A stretch of 64,000 nucleotides of DNA from Vicugna vicugna (Eukaryota), in assembly GCA_013265495.1 (NCBI GenBank), contig MU058463.1, forward strand, positions 2,999,523 to 3,063,522, given 5' to 3'. Shown piece after piece: positions 49,391 to 62,075 of this stretch. Under the pieces are notes generated by a model that worked only from the letters and a program-made list of their open reading frames with translations, ran no database searches and was not told where the DNA came from. Positions within the stretch are counted from its first letter, which is position 1, and the number at the start of each line of letters is the position of its first letter. The translations under genes were made by a program, and so were the position numbers.

Positions 49391-51829
49391 CATTGCCGAA
49401 TAGACAGTGTTTGGTAGTAAACACACAAATCACCTTCCTTAGGGAATACTATGAAATGATCTGTTGGTCCTTTCCTAATGAAGGTTCCAGACTTTTAGAC
49501 TCACAGACAGCAGGAGAAAACATAGAGGAGTCTCAGTAATGGTCTCTATGTCCTCGGGTCAGGGTGCTATGGACAATGGGCTTAACCTAAAGATTTCCCG
49601 CCTATGTTCCTGCTAATAGAAGCTGTAGGGTTTGATGTAAGAATTAAGCTGGGAATAATCAGCCATAAAGCGTTTCAAAATTATTAGAGGGTTGGGAGAT
49701 GGATGACAAGAGACATGGGAAGTATTTATTATATTTCTTATGAAACACTTGGTCTAGTCTGAACTCCACACATTCTACGTTATGCTCAAGATAATACAGT
49801 GTCTTCCCCCACCTCACCCTTTGGATGAAACATGGGCCACAGTAGGCAGCAAACATATGCAGCATCTTGAACTATGCTCCTTTTTAAGTTACTCAAAGAG
49901 TATGGATAGTAATCAAAGGGATAATAGAAATAGAAAGTTGAATTATGACGTTCGTGATTAGCGGATGTAACGAAGGGCTTTCCAATAGCTAACAAAGGAA
50001 CAGTAGCTAAAGTTTCTTTCTGTAAGAACTCTTACACAGACACGAGGCTTCACTCAATACTAAGTTCCCCTTATCTTCGCAGCAGTCGTAAAATTTTAGG
50101 GCAAAACTTGTGCAGTTTGTACTGTACTTGAGAATACCAAGTCATCCTCTTTCTAACTTCTTCATGTGTAGTTAAGATTGGTGGAGTAAATATTCTCTAC
50201 AGTCAGAGGTTAGCATTGTTATTCTAAGCTCAGTAGATATAACAAACCCTTTGAGCATGAGGACTACCCCTGGAAAAAGAAAAACAAAGATGTTTCATGC
50301 CAGTACAGGGTGGGATATTTGGTTTCCCAGCAGGGCTGGATAAGGAACCTTTATCCAAGAGGCATACACTATACAATTTTCAGCATAAGGAAAATGAATG
50401 GTTGCAATATAGGAGGTTTTGGAGTTTCCATGGCCTCAGATACTAGAAAACCTGCTGCCTCCACAGTTTCCACACCTTTTCCTCAGCAAAATGTTACACA
50501 ATTGTGCTGAGGACACTTGTGGCCTCTAATGGCCAGATAATGGACCACAATAAAAGTTATGGGTCCCCAGCTGGGTCGAAGCTCGTAATGATTGGCAAGA
50601 TCCATTATTTCACCATTAGGATCTACAGAAAAGGGAGACAATTGTCAACCAAAAAGAAACAAACAACAAAAAAGGGATGAATAGCACATATTCCTCTTAA
50701 CTTGAGGAAAAAATTCTACTTCCCCAAACTGTGGATGGTGATCTTCCTATGAGTACGAGTTTCTCCATACCAATCCTGTGTGTATTTTTAGAAAGCTTTC
50801 AATGTATGAATGTGTTGTCTGTCACTCCTAGGTGATGGATTGTGATTACAGCTCCACATTGGATTTCAAAGAATTAGTTACAATTTTCAGTGCTTTAAAA
50901 TAAATAAATAGGAGAACAAAAATGAGAGAAAAGATAAAGAATAGGTTTGATTCATGTTAAATGTCTGAATGGTTTCCATCTCCCTCCCCAGGTCAGGTAT
51001 GTTCCACAACACAACATATGGTAGTTTTAATATCATCGTATTTTCTGGAGACCTGTCTCTGCTTGAGAAAGAGCCAAGACCCTTTGAATTATGGGGGTGG
51101 TGAGTTATTATTCCAGTGTCTTAGTAATAGTTCTTTAGAAATCAATAAACACATCTTTAGCCATTTCATTTAGTCTTGAGGGACTCTTGATCTTTTAGTT
51201 GTGTCTTCTAGTGAACACAATAGTGGCATGATATCAATATTCTTTTTTAAAATAATAATGTGCCTACTTTTTTTTCTCTTGTCCCTCTCACCTTTGGATC
51301 AAATTAGAGTCAATGTAGAGTAATCCATTATCTATTGTGTGTGTTTGGGGTGGAGGGGAGATTGACATAACACATGTTTTGTGCAATTCAAGAGCTATTA
51401 AAATCCCAAATTATCCCTCTTGAGAGATTGAGAAGAATATATATTTGAGATCCCTCCATCTTGAAAGAAAGTAAAGTCCTGATCCTAAGGTAGCTCTGAT
51501 TTGAGGCAATTGTATATTTAGCCTCAGCTGATTAAGAAATGTAAAATATAAAACAGTTTGTTTGGAAATTTAAACATCCTATGTAAAAGTGATATTTTTC
51601 TAGCATAAATAAATGATATGGCAAAAATATTTTCAGTACTTTTTATAGTTAAGTCCATATGAATCTCCCCCTTAGTGTCATGTAAAAATATGAATTTCAG
51701 TTCTTCAAGAACTGATTCAAAGATATTCAAAGCACTTAATGATCCTTTTGTTGTGTTTCTCATACTTTATGGGTTTGGTGATGTTTAAACAAAATTTATT
51801 CTAATATATTTGTTAATTGATGATTAAAA

Positions 51830-53108
51830 ATATAGAACTAGAACAAATAATTCTAAAATTTATGTGGGAGTTCAAAAGACTCTGAATAGCCAGAACAATT
51901 TTAAGAAAGAAGAGCAAAGCTGGAGGTATCACACGCCCTGATTTCAAACTGTATCCCAGAGCTACAGTAATCAAAACAGTATGGTGCTGGCACAGTAAGA
52001 GACATATAGGTCAATGGAGCAGAATAGACAGCCCAGAAGTTAACTCACACTTGTATGGGCAATTAATCTATGACAAAGAAGGCAAGAATGTCCAATGGGG
52101 AAAAGACAGCTTCTTCAATAAATGGTATTGGGAAAACTGGACAGCTACATGCAAAAGAATTAAACTGGGCTCCCTCACACCATACACAAAAATAAATTTA
52201 AAATGGATTAAAGACCTAAATATAAGACCTGAAACTGTAAAACTTCTAGGAGAAAGCATATGTGTTAAGCTCTTTGACATTGGTCTTAGTAATTTTTCTT
52301 TTTTGATACATCTCAGGCAAGGAAAACAAAGGCAAAAATAAACAAATGGGACTACATCAAACTAAAAAGCTTTTACACAGTGAAAGACACTGTCAACAAA
52401 ACAAAAAGACCACTTACTGAATGGGAAAATATATTTGTAAATGATATATCTGAAAATGGGTTAATATCCAAAATATACAAAGAAATCATACAATTCAACA
52501 TCAAAAATACAAACTATCTGATTTAAAAATGGGCAGATGATCTGAATAGACATTTTTCCAAAGAAGACATACAGATGGACAACAGACACATGAAGAGATG
52601 CTCAACATCACTTATTATCAAGGAAATGCAAGTCGAAGCCACAATGAGCTATCACCTCACAGCTGTCAGAATGGCCGTTGTCCAAAAGACACCAAATAAC
52701 AAATGTTAGCAAGGATGTGGAGAAGAGGGAACCCTCATGCAGTGTTGGTGGGGATATAAACAGGAAAATAGTATGGAGAGTCCTCAAAAAATTAAAAATA
52801 GAACTGTCATAAGATTCAGCAATTCCACTCCTGGGTATTTATTCCAATAAAACTAAAGCACTAATAAGAAAGATATATGCACCCCTATATTCATAGCAGC
52901 ATCATTTACAATAGCCAAGATATGGAAGTGCTCATCAATAGATGAATAGATAAAGAAGATGTGGTATAGTGGTATTTAATGGAATATTACTCAGCTATAA
53001 AAAGAATGAAATCTTGCCATTTGTGACAACATGGATGGACCCAGAAGGTATTATGCTAAGTGAAATCAGTCAGACAGAGAAAGAAAAATACTATATGACT
53101 TCATTCTA
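51830..53108 (+). mobile_element. L1 ORF2 3' region, decayed, lacking 3' UTR and poly(A)
   Basis: ORF 52051-52341 (YGQLIYDK...[15 protein letters not shown]...[21 protein letters not shown]) and 52969-53211 (KKNEILPFVTTWMDPEGIMLSEISQTEKEKY) match the L1 ORF2p C-terminus; the frame is broken. Confidence 0.95.
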
Positions 53109-54801
53109 CCACAAGTTAATAGTAGAATACATAAAACTGTCCTCTTTCCTAGAAAATGAACAAGCCAGAGATACTGTCTTCCATATTGTTATTCTTAGCT
53201 CTAAAAACTAGATTGAATGCAACTGTAGAAATTTCCAGATGGATCAATTTGTGAAACTTAAAGAATATTCTATATGAGATGTTTTCTGAATTGGAATCTA
53301 TAGCAGTTTGATTTGATTGCAAATTGAATATATTGTCATTAACTTTGAGGCCATGATGGTCAATGCATTGTTCTGCAGGGCTTGAATACACATGGATGAT
53401 TCTGTGAGCTCAGTTCCTTCCTTCCCTGGCTTCAATTATTTCATTTGTTGGGTGATTTAAATATAAGTGAAGAATTCTGAGTGACTCATTGTCTTCGATT
53501 CTTTCATCATCCACAACGAGCATGGATCATTGAGATGGTCTCAATAAATTATTTCTAGATATCATCTTGGATCCTCATCTTTTCTGTTCTGGCCCCTATA
53601 AATGAGAGTGAAAGTAATTCCCCATGGGAGAAGGTGAAACATGTGCCTCCCCCACAAAGCCCGTTATTAGTTAATGCAATTCCTTGGGGTTAAGGCCTTG
53701 CCTGCAGAGGGCCCAGGTAAATTGTTCCTATTAGAGAGTGAAGCTGCTGTCATTGGTATTGGGAATTTGAAACAAAGGTAGTCCACTAAAACATAGTACT
53801 TCAGCCAAAACAAAAGGAAATTCTCCATTTTAGAATAAATTTCAAGGTACCACAGAATGTTTTGCTGATAATATAATATTTAATGTTTTCATGAATAAAA
53901 TATTGGTTTGTAATACATTTTTTAAAAAAAGTGAATGTGATGACCAGTTTAAAATTCATGCATCTCTTTTTCCTCCAGAGCAAACAGGGGCTTCTGATTA
54001 AGATGACAGAGATTGGTTATAAGGCCTGTGCCATTCTGCAGAATTGCTGTCTGTTAGAGGCCATGATACCAGTAAAATTAGATTAAGGTTAAGGCAGGAA
54101 TGTAAATTTTGTTAATAAGGTTTCTATATTTTAATTAAAAACCAAACACCCTAAGGGCCTATTGATGCTAATCCCATTTAATCTTGCAAAAAGCTTTCTT
54201 GGTATCAAAGGATCCAGATCGGTTATGCCCTTTATTACCTGGAAACTGAAGACTTGTCTTAAATCTTCACGTCTAGGTAGTATAAACATATCTATAGAAT
54301 GCTGATGACTTAAAGAAAGCAAATATATTCGTATGATGATGTATAAACTCAAACGAGTATACGTTGCATACAATGTATGTATTACATCTACATGTCTAAT
54401 GCAAGAGTGAAATATTCATCCATTCAACAACTCTGTGCTTAAAATTACTAGCATTTAACACATACATGCTTAATTTACTAACCTGTGCCTTTCTGAGTTG
54501 GTGAGAGCTCAAAATGTTTTGAAAGGACATTAAAAAATATTCAGTTGAAGATTCGGCACCATGGTTCTTCGGCTCCTCACACTGGTAAATGTCTTCTCCA
54601 CATTAGGGAGATTTCACCATCTACCTCTATCTTTTATTTATTTCATCGCTTTCTCTGCTCTCTTCTGACTCTGCCTTTCCATTCCTACAGTCTCCATCAG
54701 GGCCCTCACTGTGATGGGTCCCAAATTTTAGTATATGTCCATTTCCTTTTTTACATGTGTGCTGCCTGCATCCCTTTTGAATAAAATACTAAACAATTCT
54801 G

Positions 54802-54804
<3 letters not shown>

Positions 54805-54842
<38 letters not shown>
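54805..54842. repeat. (TA)n microsatellite
   Basis: About 18 TA units. Confidence 0.95.
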
Positions 54843-54846
<4 letters not shown>

Positions 54847-55179
54847 GAGTAATGTACTAGGGATGATGTCTCAAATGCTGAAATCTTTTTAAAAATGTTG
54901 ATATTGTGAAGTGAAAGGGGCCTGAGCTTTAGAGCCAGATAAATGTATACATGCTCTAATTCCTTCCCTCTCACTTAATCAAGGCATCTGCACCTACAAT
55001 TACTCACTACTATTTCTTCGACCGTTTCCATCAGCATAAAACATGTAGTACTCCCTTAGGTATTTTTAAAAGTCCTGGTAGATAACAGCTTCATTGTTTA
55101 AAAAAAAAATAATGCTCCGTTCAGACTCTACTACAAACAAACAAACAAAAATCTCCAAACAAGATGGACAATATCTGTC

Positions 55180-55350
55180 TCTCTTACTAGGTGAAGGTCC
55201 CATGATGCCAAGAAATTTGTTTGTCTTATTCAGTGCTACATACCCAGTACTTAGACTACTGCTAACAGAGGCAGAACATCTATACATTTCTCAAGCAAAC
55301 ATTTCTTAAATGAACAAATGAATGAGTTAATAAGTGAATGAGTGAATGAA
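55180..55350 (+). mobile_element. L2 3' end
   Basis: TTTGTCTTATTCAGTGCTACATACCCAGTACTTAG...TGAATGAGTTAATAAGTGAATGAGTGAATGAA. Confidence 0.75.
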
Positions 55351-55814
55351 CAATGCTTGGATCATAGGATAGGCTCAGTCAGTGTTGGCTCCTATTATAA
55401 CAAAACTGACATTTTATGAGTCTGTTATTTGTTCTAAATGCCAAGAAGATTCAGAACAACCACACAACAAAGCTTGTCTAAAAGCAAGTCTGGAAAACTT
55501 GAATGTACACATTTCAGTGGTTATCTGGTTTAATGCGCTTGACATTTCTTTGAAATTTTATAGGGAAATCTGCCATGAAATCTTAGAACTTTCTGTTTCA
55601 CTTACCTCCCTATTACTGTTTGAACACTGTGTACAGTTTCTATTTATTTCCTAAGACTGTGGCATCCATGAATAATAAACACAAAACCTATGCAAAGTTC
55701 TTTATCTAAATAGAATAAGTTAAAGTTTTAATACCAGAGTTGAATTATTTCAATCATGTCTTTGACTTAGGAAGCAAATAGCCAATGCTGCCATCAACTG
55801 ATAGAAAATACAGG

Positions 55815-56270
55815 GCTCATCAACGTAGGTTCATGAATTGTAACAAATGAACTGTTCGGGTGAAGGATGTTGACAATTGGGAAGGCTGTGCAAATGAGGG
55901 TATAGAGGTATACAAGAAATCTCTGTACTTCTCTCTCAATTTTTTATTGAGATATAATTGATGTACAACATTATATTAGCTTCAGGTATACAACATAGTG
56001 ATTCCAATATGCATATATTAGAAATGATCACAATAATTTAGTTAACATCTGCCACCTCTCATAGTTACAATTTATTTCCTTGTGATGAGAACTTTTAAGA
56101 CCTACTCTCTTGGTAATCTTCAAATATACATCACACTATTATTAACTATAGTCACCATGCTGCACATTACATGCTCAGGACTCACTTATTTTATAACTGG
56201 AAGTTTGTATTTTTTGACAACTTCTTCTCAATTTTGAAGTGATCATAAAGCTGCTTTTTAAAACTCTTTT
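55815..56270 (+). mobile_element. L1MC-like 3' end split by a younger antisense L1
   Basis: GTAGGTTCATGAATTGTAACAAATG...GAAATCTCTGTACTTCTCTCTCAATTTT | GAAGTGATCATAAAGCTGCT. Confidence 0.75.
55944..56219 (-). mobile_element. L1MA9-like 3' end with TSD
   Basis: TTATTGAGATATAATTGATGTACAACATT...TTATAACTGGAAGTTTGTA; TSD CTTCT(C)TCTCAATTTT at 55928-55943 and 56221-56235. Confidence 0.85.
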
Positions 56271-56744
56271 TCTTTTTAAAAAATAAAATATAGGGCACAT
56301 GAACAATTCTAGCTTAATATCTTCTAATAGTGACTTAATTTTAAAACTTTCATGTGTTTGGAACTTTCTCTAAAAGAGGAGTGAAAATGAACAATATGGA
56401 AATTTTTGATTCTGTTCTTCTGATGCAATTGTATGTGTTTGGTAATATGATAGATAATCTCTGTGTTAATTACATTTTAATAAAGAAACACACTGTAATT
56501 AATAGCACTCCTGGTCTTAGTGCATATACCCCGAAAAAACACATCCACTAAAGCTGAAACAAAATCATCCTAAAACATGCCTTGATCATGCCGTTTCACT
56601 GTCCACACAACTTCAACACCTCCCCATTGCCTAGAGGACTAATGACAAATTCCTTAGCCTGAAAAATGCATCCTCCTACACTCTGACTGCAACCAATCTT
56701 CACAGCATTTCCCGCTACTCGCATGTACAAAACCATCTGATGGC

Positions 56745-56900
56745 AGAGTGGTCAACAGCTGGACAGAGCTGACCGAGAAGCTACTAGTACTACCTAGTTG
56801 TGTGACTTCGGGGAGGTTTTGATCCAGCATTCTGAGCCTCAGTTCTCCCATCTGGTTAATAGTACCTTCTCACTACACTGCTATGTGGACTATGGTTAAG
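56745..56900 (+). mobile_element. MIR SINE within L2-like sequence
   Basis: CTAGTTGTGTGACTTCGGG...TCTGAGCCTCAGTTCTCCCATCTG. Confidence 0.7.
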
Positions 56901-57302
56901 TCTTCTGTTGCCAGGGACCACATGTGGACCATGTGGTCCCTGCCATCAGAAGCTCTCAATAACTAGGTTAGTACTATCATCCCTAATTATGTGTTTTTAT
57001 TCTGTCTTGATATCTTTGTGCCCTTCCTTGACACGTAGCTGCAAAGTCAAGGTTTTTCTGTCTATCCATCTTTCAAAACCCCTCATCCTGTGTGAAGCCC
57101 TGACAGCCTGCTCTAGCCCAAGATGATTGCTTTACTCTGAATTCACAGTTCCCGTTTTCTACATCATTAAAAAAAAATGCTTTGTCTTGTAATCTCTCTG
57201 ATAGTCTATCATAGTTTATCCATGTAGTTATTTCATGAACAGGGTTGGCTAGTGAAAGAAGTCATGCTTGAGAGCTGGAAGGAAACAAGTAGATGAACAG
57301 AC

Positions 57303-57570
57303 TAGTGGACCCTAAACTGTGTCCTCCAGAGCTTCCTTGAGGTACATCGTGGTGGGGTGGGGTAGGATACAGTGGTATTTGGAGAATATCAAGGAAGTAG
57401 GGCTCTTGGTCTCAATCTCAATTTCTACTGAAGCAATGACCTTTCAACTATTACTTTATTATTGTTATTACTTATTAAATGTCACCTTACAACTTTAAAT
57501 GCTGGGATTCCAAGTAAGAATTCACCAACAAAAGAATTCCATTGCTATATAAAAGCTTTAAAGTCATTTA
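57303..57570 (+). mobile_element. hAT MITE (MER112-like)
   Basis: TAGTGGACCCTAAACTGTGTCCTCCAGAGC...GGGATTCCAAGTAAGA...TTCCATTGCTA...AAAGTCATT. Confidence 0.55.
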
Positions 57571-58839
57571 TCCAGTGCAATATTCTAACTTTTTATAAGG
57601 ACCAAGACTTAGAGAAAATCAATAAAAGTTGACAGAAGAACAATAATCTCAAACCCTAGTTCCTTTAGTTTAAAGTTTGCCTATTTATTCAATTAGATGA
57701 TTAGAGCCTTGAGGCCAGTGACCATTTATTGTATTTCTTTGTTTTTCTCCCAACCCTAGCTCAGGACTTTAAACATATATATGTAAGAGGGCAATACACT
57801 AGTAACACAACCTCAGAATAAAAGCAATGGACCACTCCCACCGTAGCTCCAGTAGACTGAAGGAACACTGGATAGAGTAACAGAAGAAGCAAGGGATGGA
57901 TCAGCATGAACCAGGCTCCATTTCACTTTGGACACTTTTGATGTACCTTGAATATCCATTCAGGTAAGCCTGGAAACCTCACTCCAGATTCTTACCAGCT
58001 GCCTGCAGAATCCCTCAATCATCTACGTCTAGATATGGCTGAGTTCTTCTCAGGTTTCTGCTGCCTATTTTGACACTAAATCTTAGCTCTCATTTTCAGT
58101 CTAGTTCCTGGAATTTGAATTCTGTTGTATGCTATTTACCATGTCCATGACCTTTGTATTTCATCAAGACACTAGAGTCATTATTTTCTTCCATCTCTAA
58201 ACACCACAGATATTGGCGAGAGAAGTCTGATTCTTGTATCTTGACACCATGTCTGTGTCCCAGGGACTCTACCTGACGAGATTGGGGAATGACCCAGTTG
58301 ATCTGGGACATAGACTAGGGTAGGGTATGAAAACAGAGCAGATGATAACACAGAGCCTGGACAAGATGCTGGAAAGTTGAACATTGGTCAAAAAAGATGA
58401 CCAGATGCAACATGGTATAAGGAAAGAAATCAGACTTAAGTTTAATCTTGGATCAGTTACTGACAAGCTGGCTCTGAGATACCAAATGAATCAATTGATC
58501 ATTCTGAGCCTTGGTTCTCTTGCTTTTAAGACTTATTTCAAGGAATACATAAAATAACCTGGAAAAATACCTAAAGTGTGCATGATGCATGGCTGTCTCT
58601 CCCTTCTCCATCCACTCTCGTCCATCCTAAACACCTGTGAGAAAGAGTTTGTGGAAATCTCAAGTATAGCACTCTGGTTCCACCTTTGTGCTGTTTGTAG
58701 TTGTTTTAAGTGTATTTAACAAATTATATATTTTCATTCCACACAAAATACTCAGTTGTCCTCAACACAGCTTACATATTTCTAAGTTAAAAGATCACCT
58801 CAACAAAATATTAAAGAGAGGTGCCTGAACAAGGCAGAC

Positions 58840-59000
58840 ACGAAACATGGATTTGGGTGTGAGACAGACCTGGCTCCACCAGTTACTAGCTACGTGACTA
58901 ATGCATGCTCTGTGGCACCGAAGTTCCCTCGTCTATAAAAGAAGGAATGGTAATGGCCAAGCCACCGCGTTGCAGTGTGACTTTAACAAGATAATGAGTT
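58840..59000 (+). mobile_element. MIR SINE
   Basis: CAGACCTGGCTCCACCAGTTACTAGCTACGTGAC...GTTCCCTCGTCTATAAAA. Confidence 0.7.
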
Positions 59001-59049
59001 CTTTCAAATAGAGAAAACGGTGTACTGTTTCATGGATTTGTCCAAGATA

Positions 59050-59358
59050 ACATGTCCGATGCAAATAGGATGCATGCTACAAATGTAAGCCACAGATGTA
59101 ATTTTAAAATTTCTAATAGCCACAAAAAATGTAAAAGGAAACGTCTGAAATTAATTTCGATAAAATGTTCTACTTAATCCAGTGTATCCAAAATGTTATC
59201 ATTTCAACATGTAAACAATATAAAAATCATTAAGATATTATGCATTCTTTTTTATGCTATGTCTTTGAAATTTGGTGTATTTTGCAATTTTGTAGTAGCC
59301 ACAATTCAAGTGGTCAACAGCCGCACGTGGCTAGTGGCTATCGTATTAGACTGTGAAG
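59050..59358. mobile_element. MER33-like hAT-Charlie MITE
   Basis: GTAATTTTAAAATTTCTAATAGCCAC...CCAAAATGTTATCATTTCAACATGTAA...CACGTGGCTAGTGGCTATCGTATTAGAC. Confidence 0.85.
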
Positions 59359-61639
59359 GTCTTGGAGATACCAAGGCGTTTTATTGCCTACTTTCTAATC
59401 AATCTGCTTAAAACTCTGCTGTTGCTTTACTCTTAAACTAGAATGTTGGTTGAAGTATACGCTTACATTGCATATAACATTCTGTAGGCAGCATTATGCT
59501 GTCTTTTCCAGCAGTGTAACCAATCTGAACCAGCCTTGGCAATTGTTAGTAGTGGTTCCTTTGGGGAGCTCTTCAGAGTAGTTCATCTGCCAAAGCTACT
59601 GTTCAGGTCTCTCCCCAAGAGCCAGACCTTGGATGAGACTCTTCTGTCAGTCAGTGGACCACATGGCCTTTGGAGAAGAAGTGGGAATAATTAATTCCGT
59701 GACATGGACCACATTTCTTTTTGAAGCACAGAACTCTTTTCAACAATTTGTTTCCAAAGTCCTGTGAACAAGTAATTTTTTTATGGCTGTGGTCAACGAC
59801 TGATCGGGTCAGGAAAAGAAAGAAAATGTTCCCCAGCTTCATCAAATCCTATACTGAGTCACCATTGCCCACATATGGGAGGTCTCTCCCTTAGAAAGTG
59901 AGATGGTCCCATGAAAACCACTAACCCTATGGAATGACATCAACCAAAATTCTGGGAACAGAGCAAGCAACTCACAAAAGGAGGCACGCATGGAGCTGGA
60001 TTATTTTGGGGAAACTTATTACTTGGTAAAGTAATATGTTAAGACCATATTGAAGTAGGTTTTTTTGAAACAAGATGTAATTCCCCACAGTTTCTTTGCT
60101 GTTCTTTAACTTAAAAAGAAAAGGCTAATTTGAAACTTGGTTAAATCAAAACCTATTGTTTTGGTCCCTGAATTTCAAATTAGGGAGATTTTGCTGTAAG
60201 TAAATTACATTCTCCCTAGTCACTGACTAGCTTTCATAGTTCTAGAAAAGCCAGTTCTCTGGTTTCTGTTTCCCTTTGATCTGCTGATTCCATGTGTGGC
60301 ATTCTCACACAGCTTCCACCTAGCCCTTCCCTTCCTTTTTTTATTTTGGGAAAATTTAATATTTATGGGCTGTAATTTTAGGCTCTATTTTCTTAACAGC
60401 CAGAAGCATCATCTCAACTCAATCATCCCTTGCTCAGAAGGATGCCTAATGTAAATTTCATGTAATTTTTTTTGGATGCTTAAGCAATTCTTATATCCCA
60501 TGCTTGTCCTTGATTCAGAAGCCTGTGTTCATTCCCTAGGGCCATAAACATTTTAAATTCCTATAGAAATGTGACTACTCTGGGTGGCCCTATGGGTACA
60601 GAAGCTGGATTTTCATTCATTCAAAGACAAGGCTTCCTTTACCTGGGCTTAAATGGAGATTCCAAATTACTGCCAGCATAATTTTTCTTCTGCCTCCTGA
60701 CCTCTTGTGACTGAGCTGCCCTCCTTATTGTTTCTATTAGTAAATCCATCTTGAATCACTTACTTACATGCATACTGTCATGAGAACCCTGGTGTTAGTC
60801 CTATTAGCCGACCACCCAAGGCAATTTCTTGTGCAGAAATGATCCACAGTGCCCCGAGGGAAGGCATCTTGTAGCAAACGTCGCTGCAGTCCCGGCCCTC
60901 CAGTCATGGCACTCCAAGCTGTTGCCTCCTTACCCTTAGCAATGAGTCCATCCCTCATTCCAAAGCCCTTGGTTGTAAATGTGAGCCAAACTGAAGAAAT
61001 CCAGTTTTGTCTCTGAGTTTTTTCAACATGTATGATGGGAAGGAGCACTTAGCTAAGCAAGGACTCCTTGTGACATAAGGGTGGGCTGTCATACTGCTAG
61101 TTTTGCTAGTATTTATCCTTGGACCACTACTACTATTATAAGACTTTGCAGGCTTCTGTACTTTTTTCCTTGAGATTGGTGGAATGATGCCATACATGAA
61201 AACTTGGAGCTGCTGCCCAAGAATCTAGTTGAAATTAGAAGTCCATTGTAATTTGTGATTAGTCACCCAGAAAGGTCACCCAGAAAAAGAAGGTGTGTGT
61301 ATTTCTACGCTGTTCTTTTCAGTTCCCTGTGTTAGCATACCTTAGTTTTCCTGCAGATGGGTCATTCAGTCGGTATGGCTACCAAGGCCAAGGGGGCAGT
61401 CTCTTCTGTGTAGGCTAGTCATCTTTGTTGTGTTTCCAGGCCACAGACCATCTCTTACAGGGAGCCAGTTCACAAATGTGTGCTCTCGGTCATGGGTAGG
61501 ACCCAGTGAGAAAGTGTGGTCAGATCAGGTGTGGGTCAGGGCAAAATCATGGCAGCTATTTGAAAGAATGATACAGACACGCGTCCTTGTGCAAATGGTG
61601 GGTGAGGTTATGAATTAAGGTTTGTAAATTGTATTCAGG

Positions 61640-62075
61640 ATTAACTGGCTGTGTTCCAGTTATTTGCTCTTAAGCTGTTGAATCTCTCTTTCTGGGCCTC
61701 AGTTCACCAAAGACATGATGCAGATAACCATTATTTACCACCTATTTTACAGATTAATTGTAAAGAAAAAAATTAGAAAATATATGTGAGCTATTATATA
61801 AAAAGCACATTAAGAGATGTGTAGGCTTAAGATGGTAAATTTTGGAGAAAGCCTGTCTTGTTCAAATCCCAACTCTGTTTCCAGAGAGTTGGCCAAGGGG
61901 AACCTCGTCTAATCTCTCTCCACTAAGGTCCTTCATCTGTAAGTGAAGTTACTGATGGTACCTACCTCTTAGTGTTGGCTTAAAGATTAAATAAAATGAT
62001 ACATGTAAAGAGCACCACTTGGCCCATTGTAAAAGATTGTAAAAACTCAGTGAATATTAGCTACTTTAGCTATCA
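61640..62075 (+). mobile_element. Two MIR SINE fragments
   Basis: TCTGGGCCTCAGTTC; GTTCAAATCCCAACTCTG...TCATCTGTAAG...GTACCTACCTCTTAG...GATTAAATAAAATGATACATGTAAAG. Confidence 0.75.

Noticed and set aside
52051..53211. ORFs as a host protein-coding gene
   Set aside because: They are broken L1 ORF2p remnants
54552..54570. Second RE1-like word TTCGGCACCATGG
   Set aside because: Left half only, with a mismatch; the right half-site is absent
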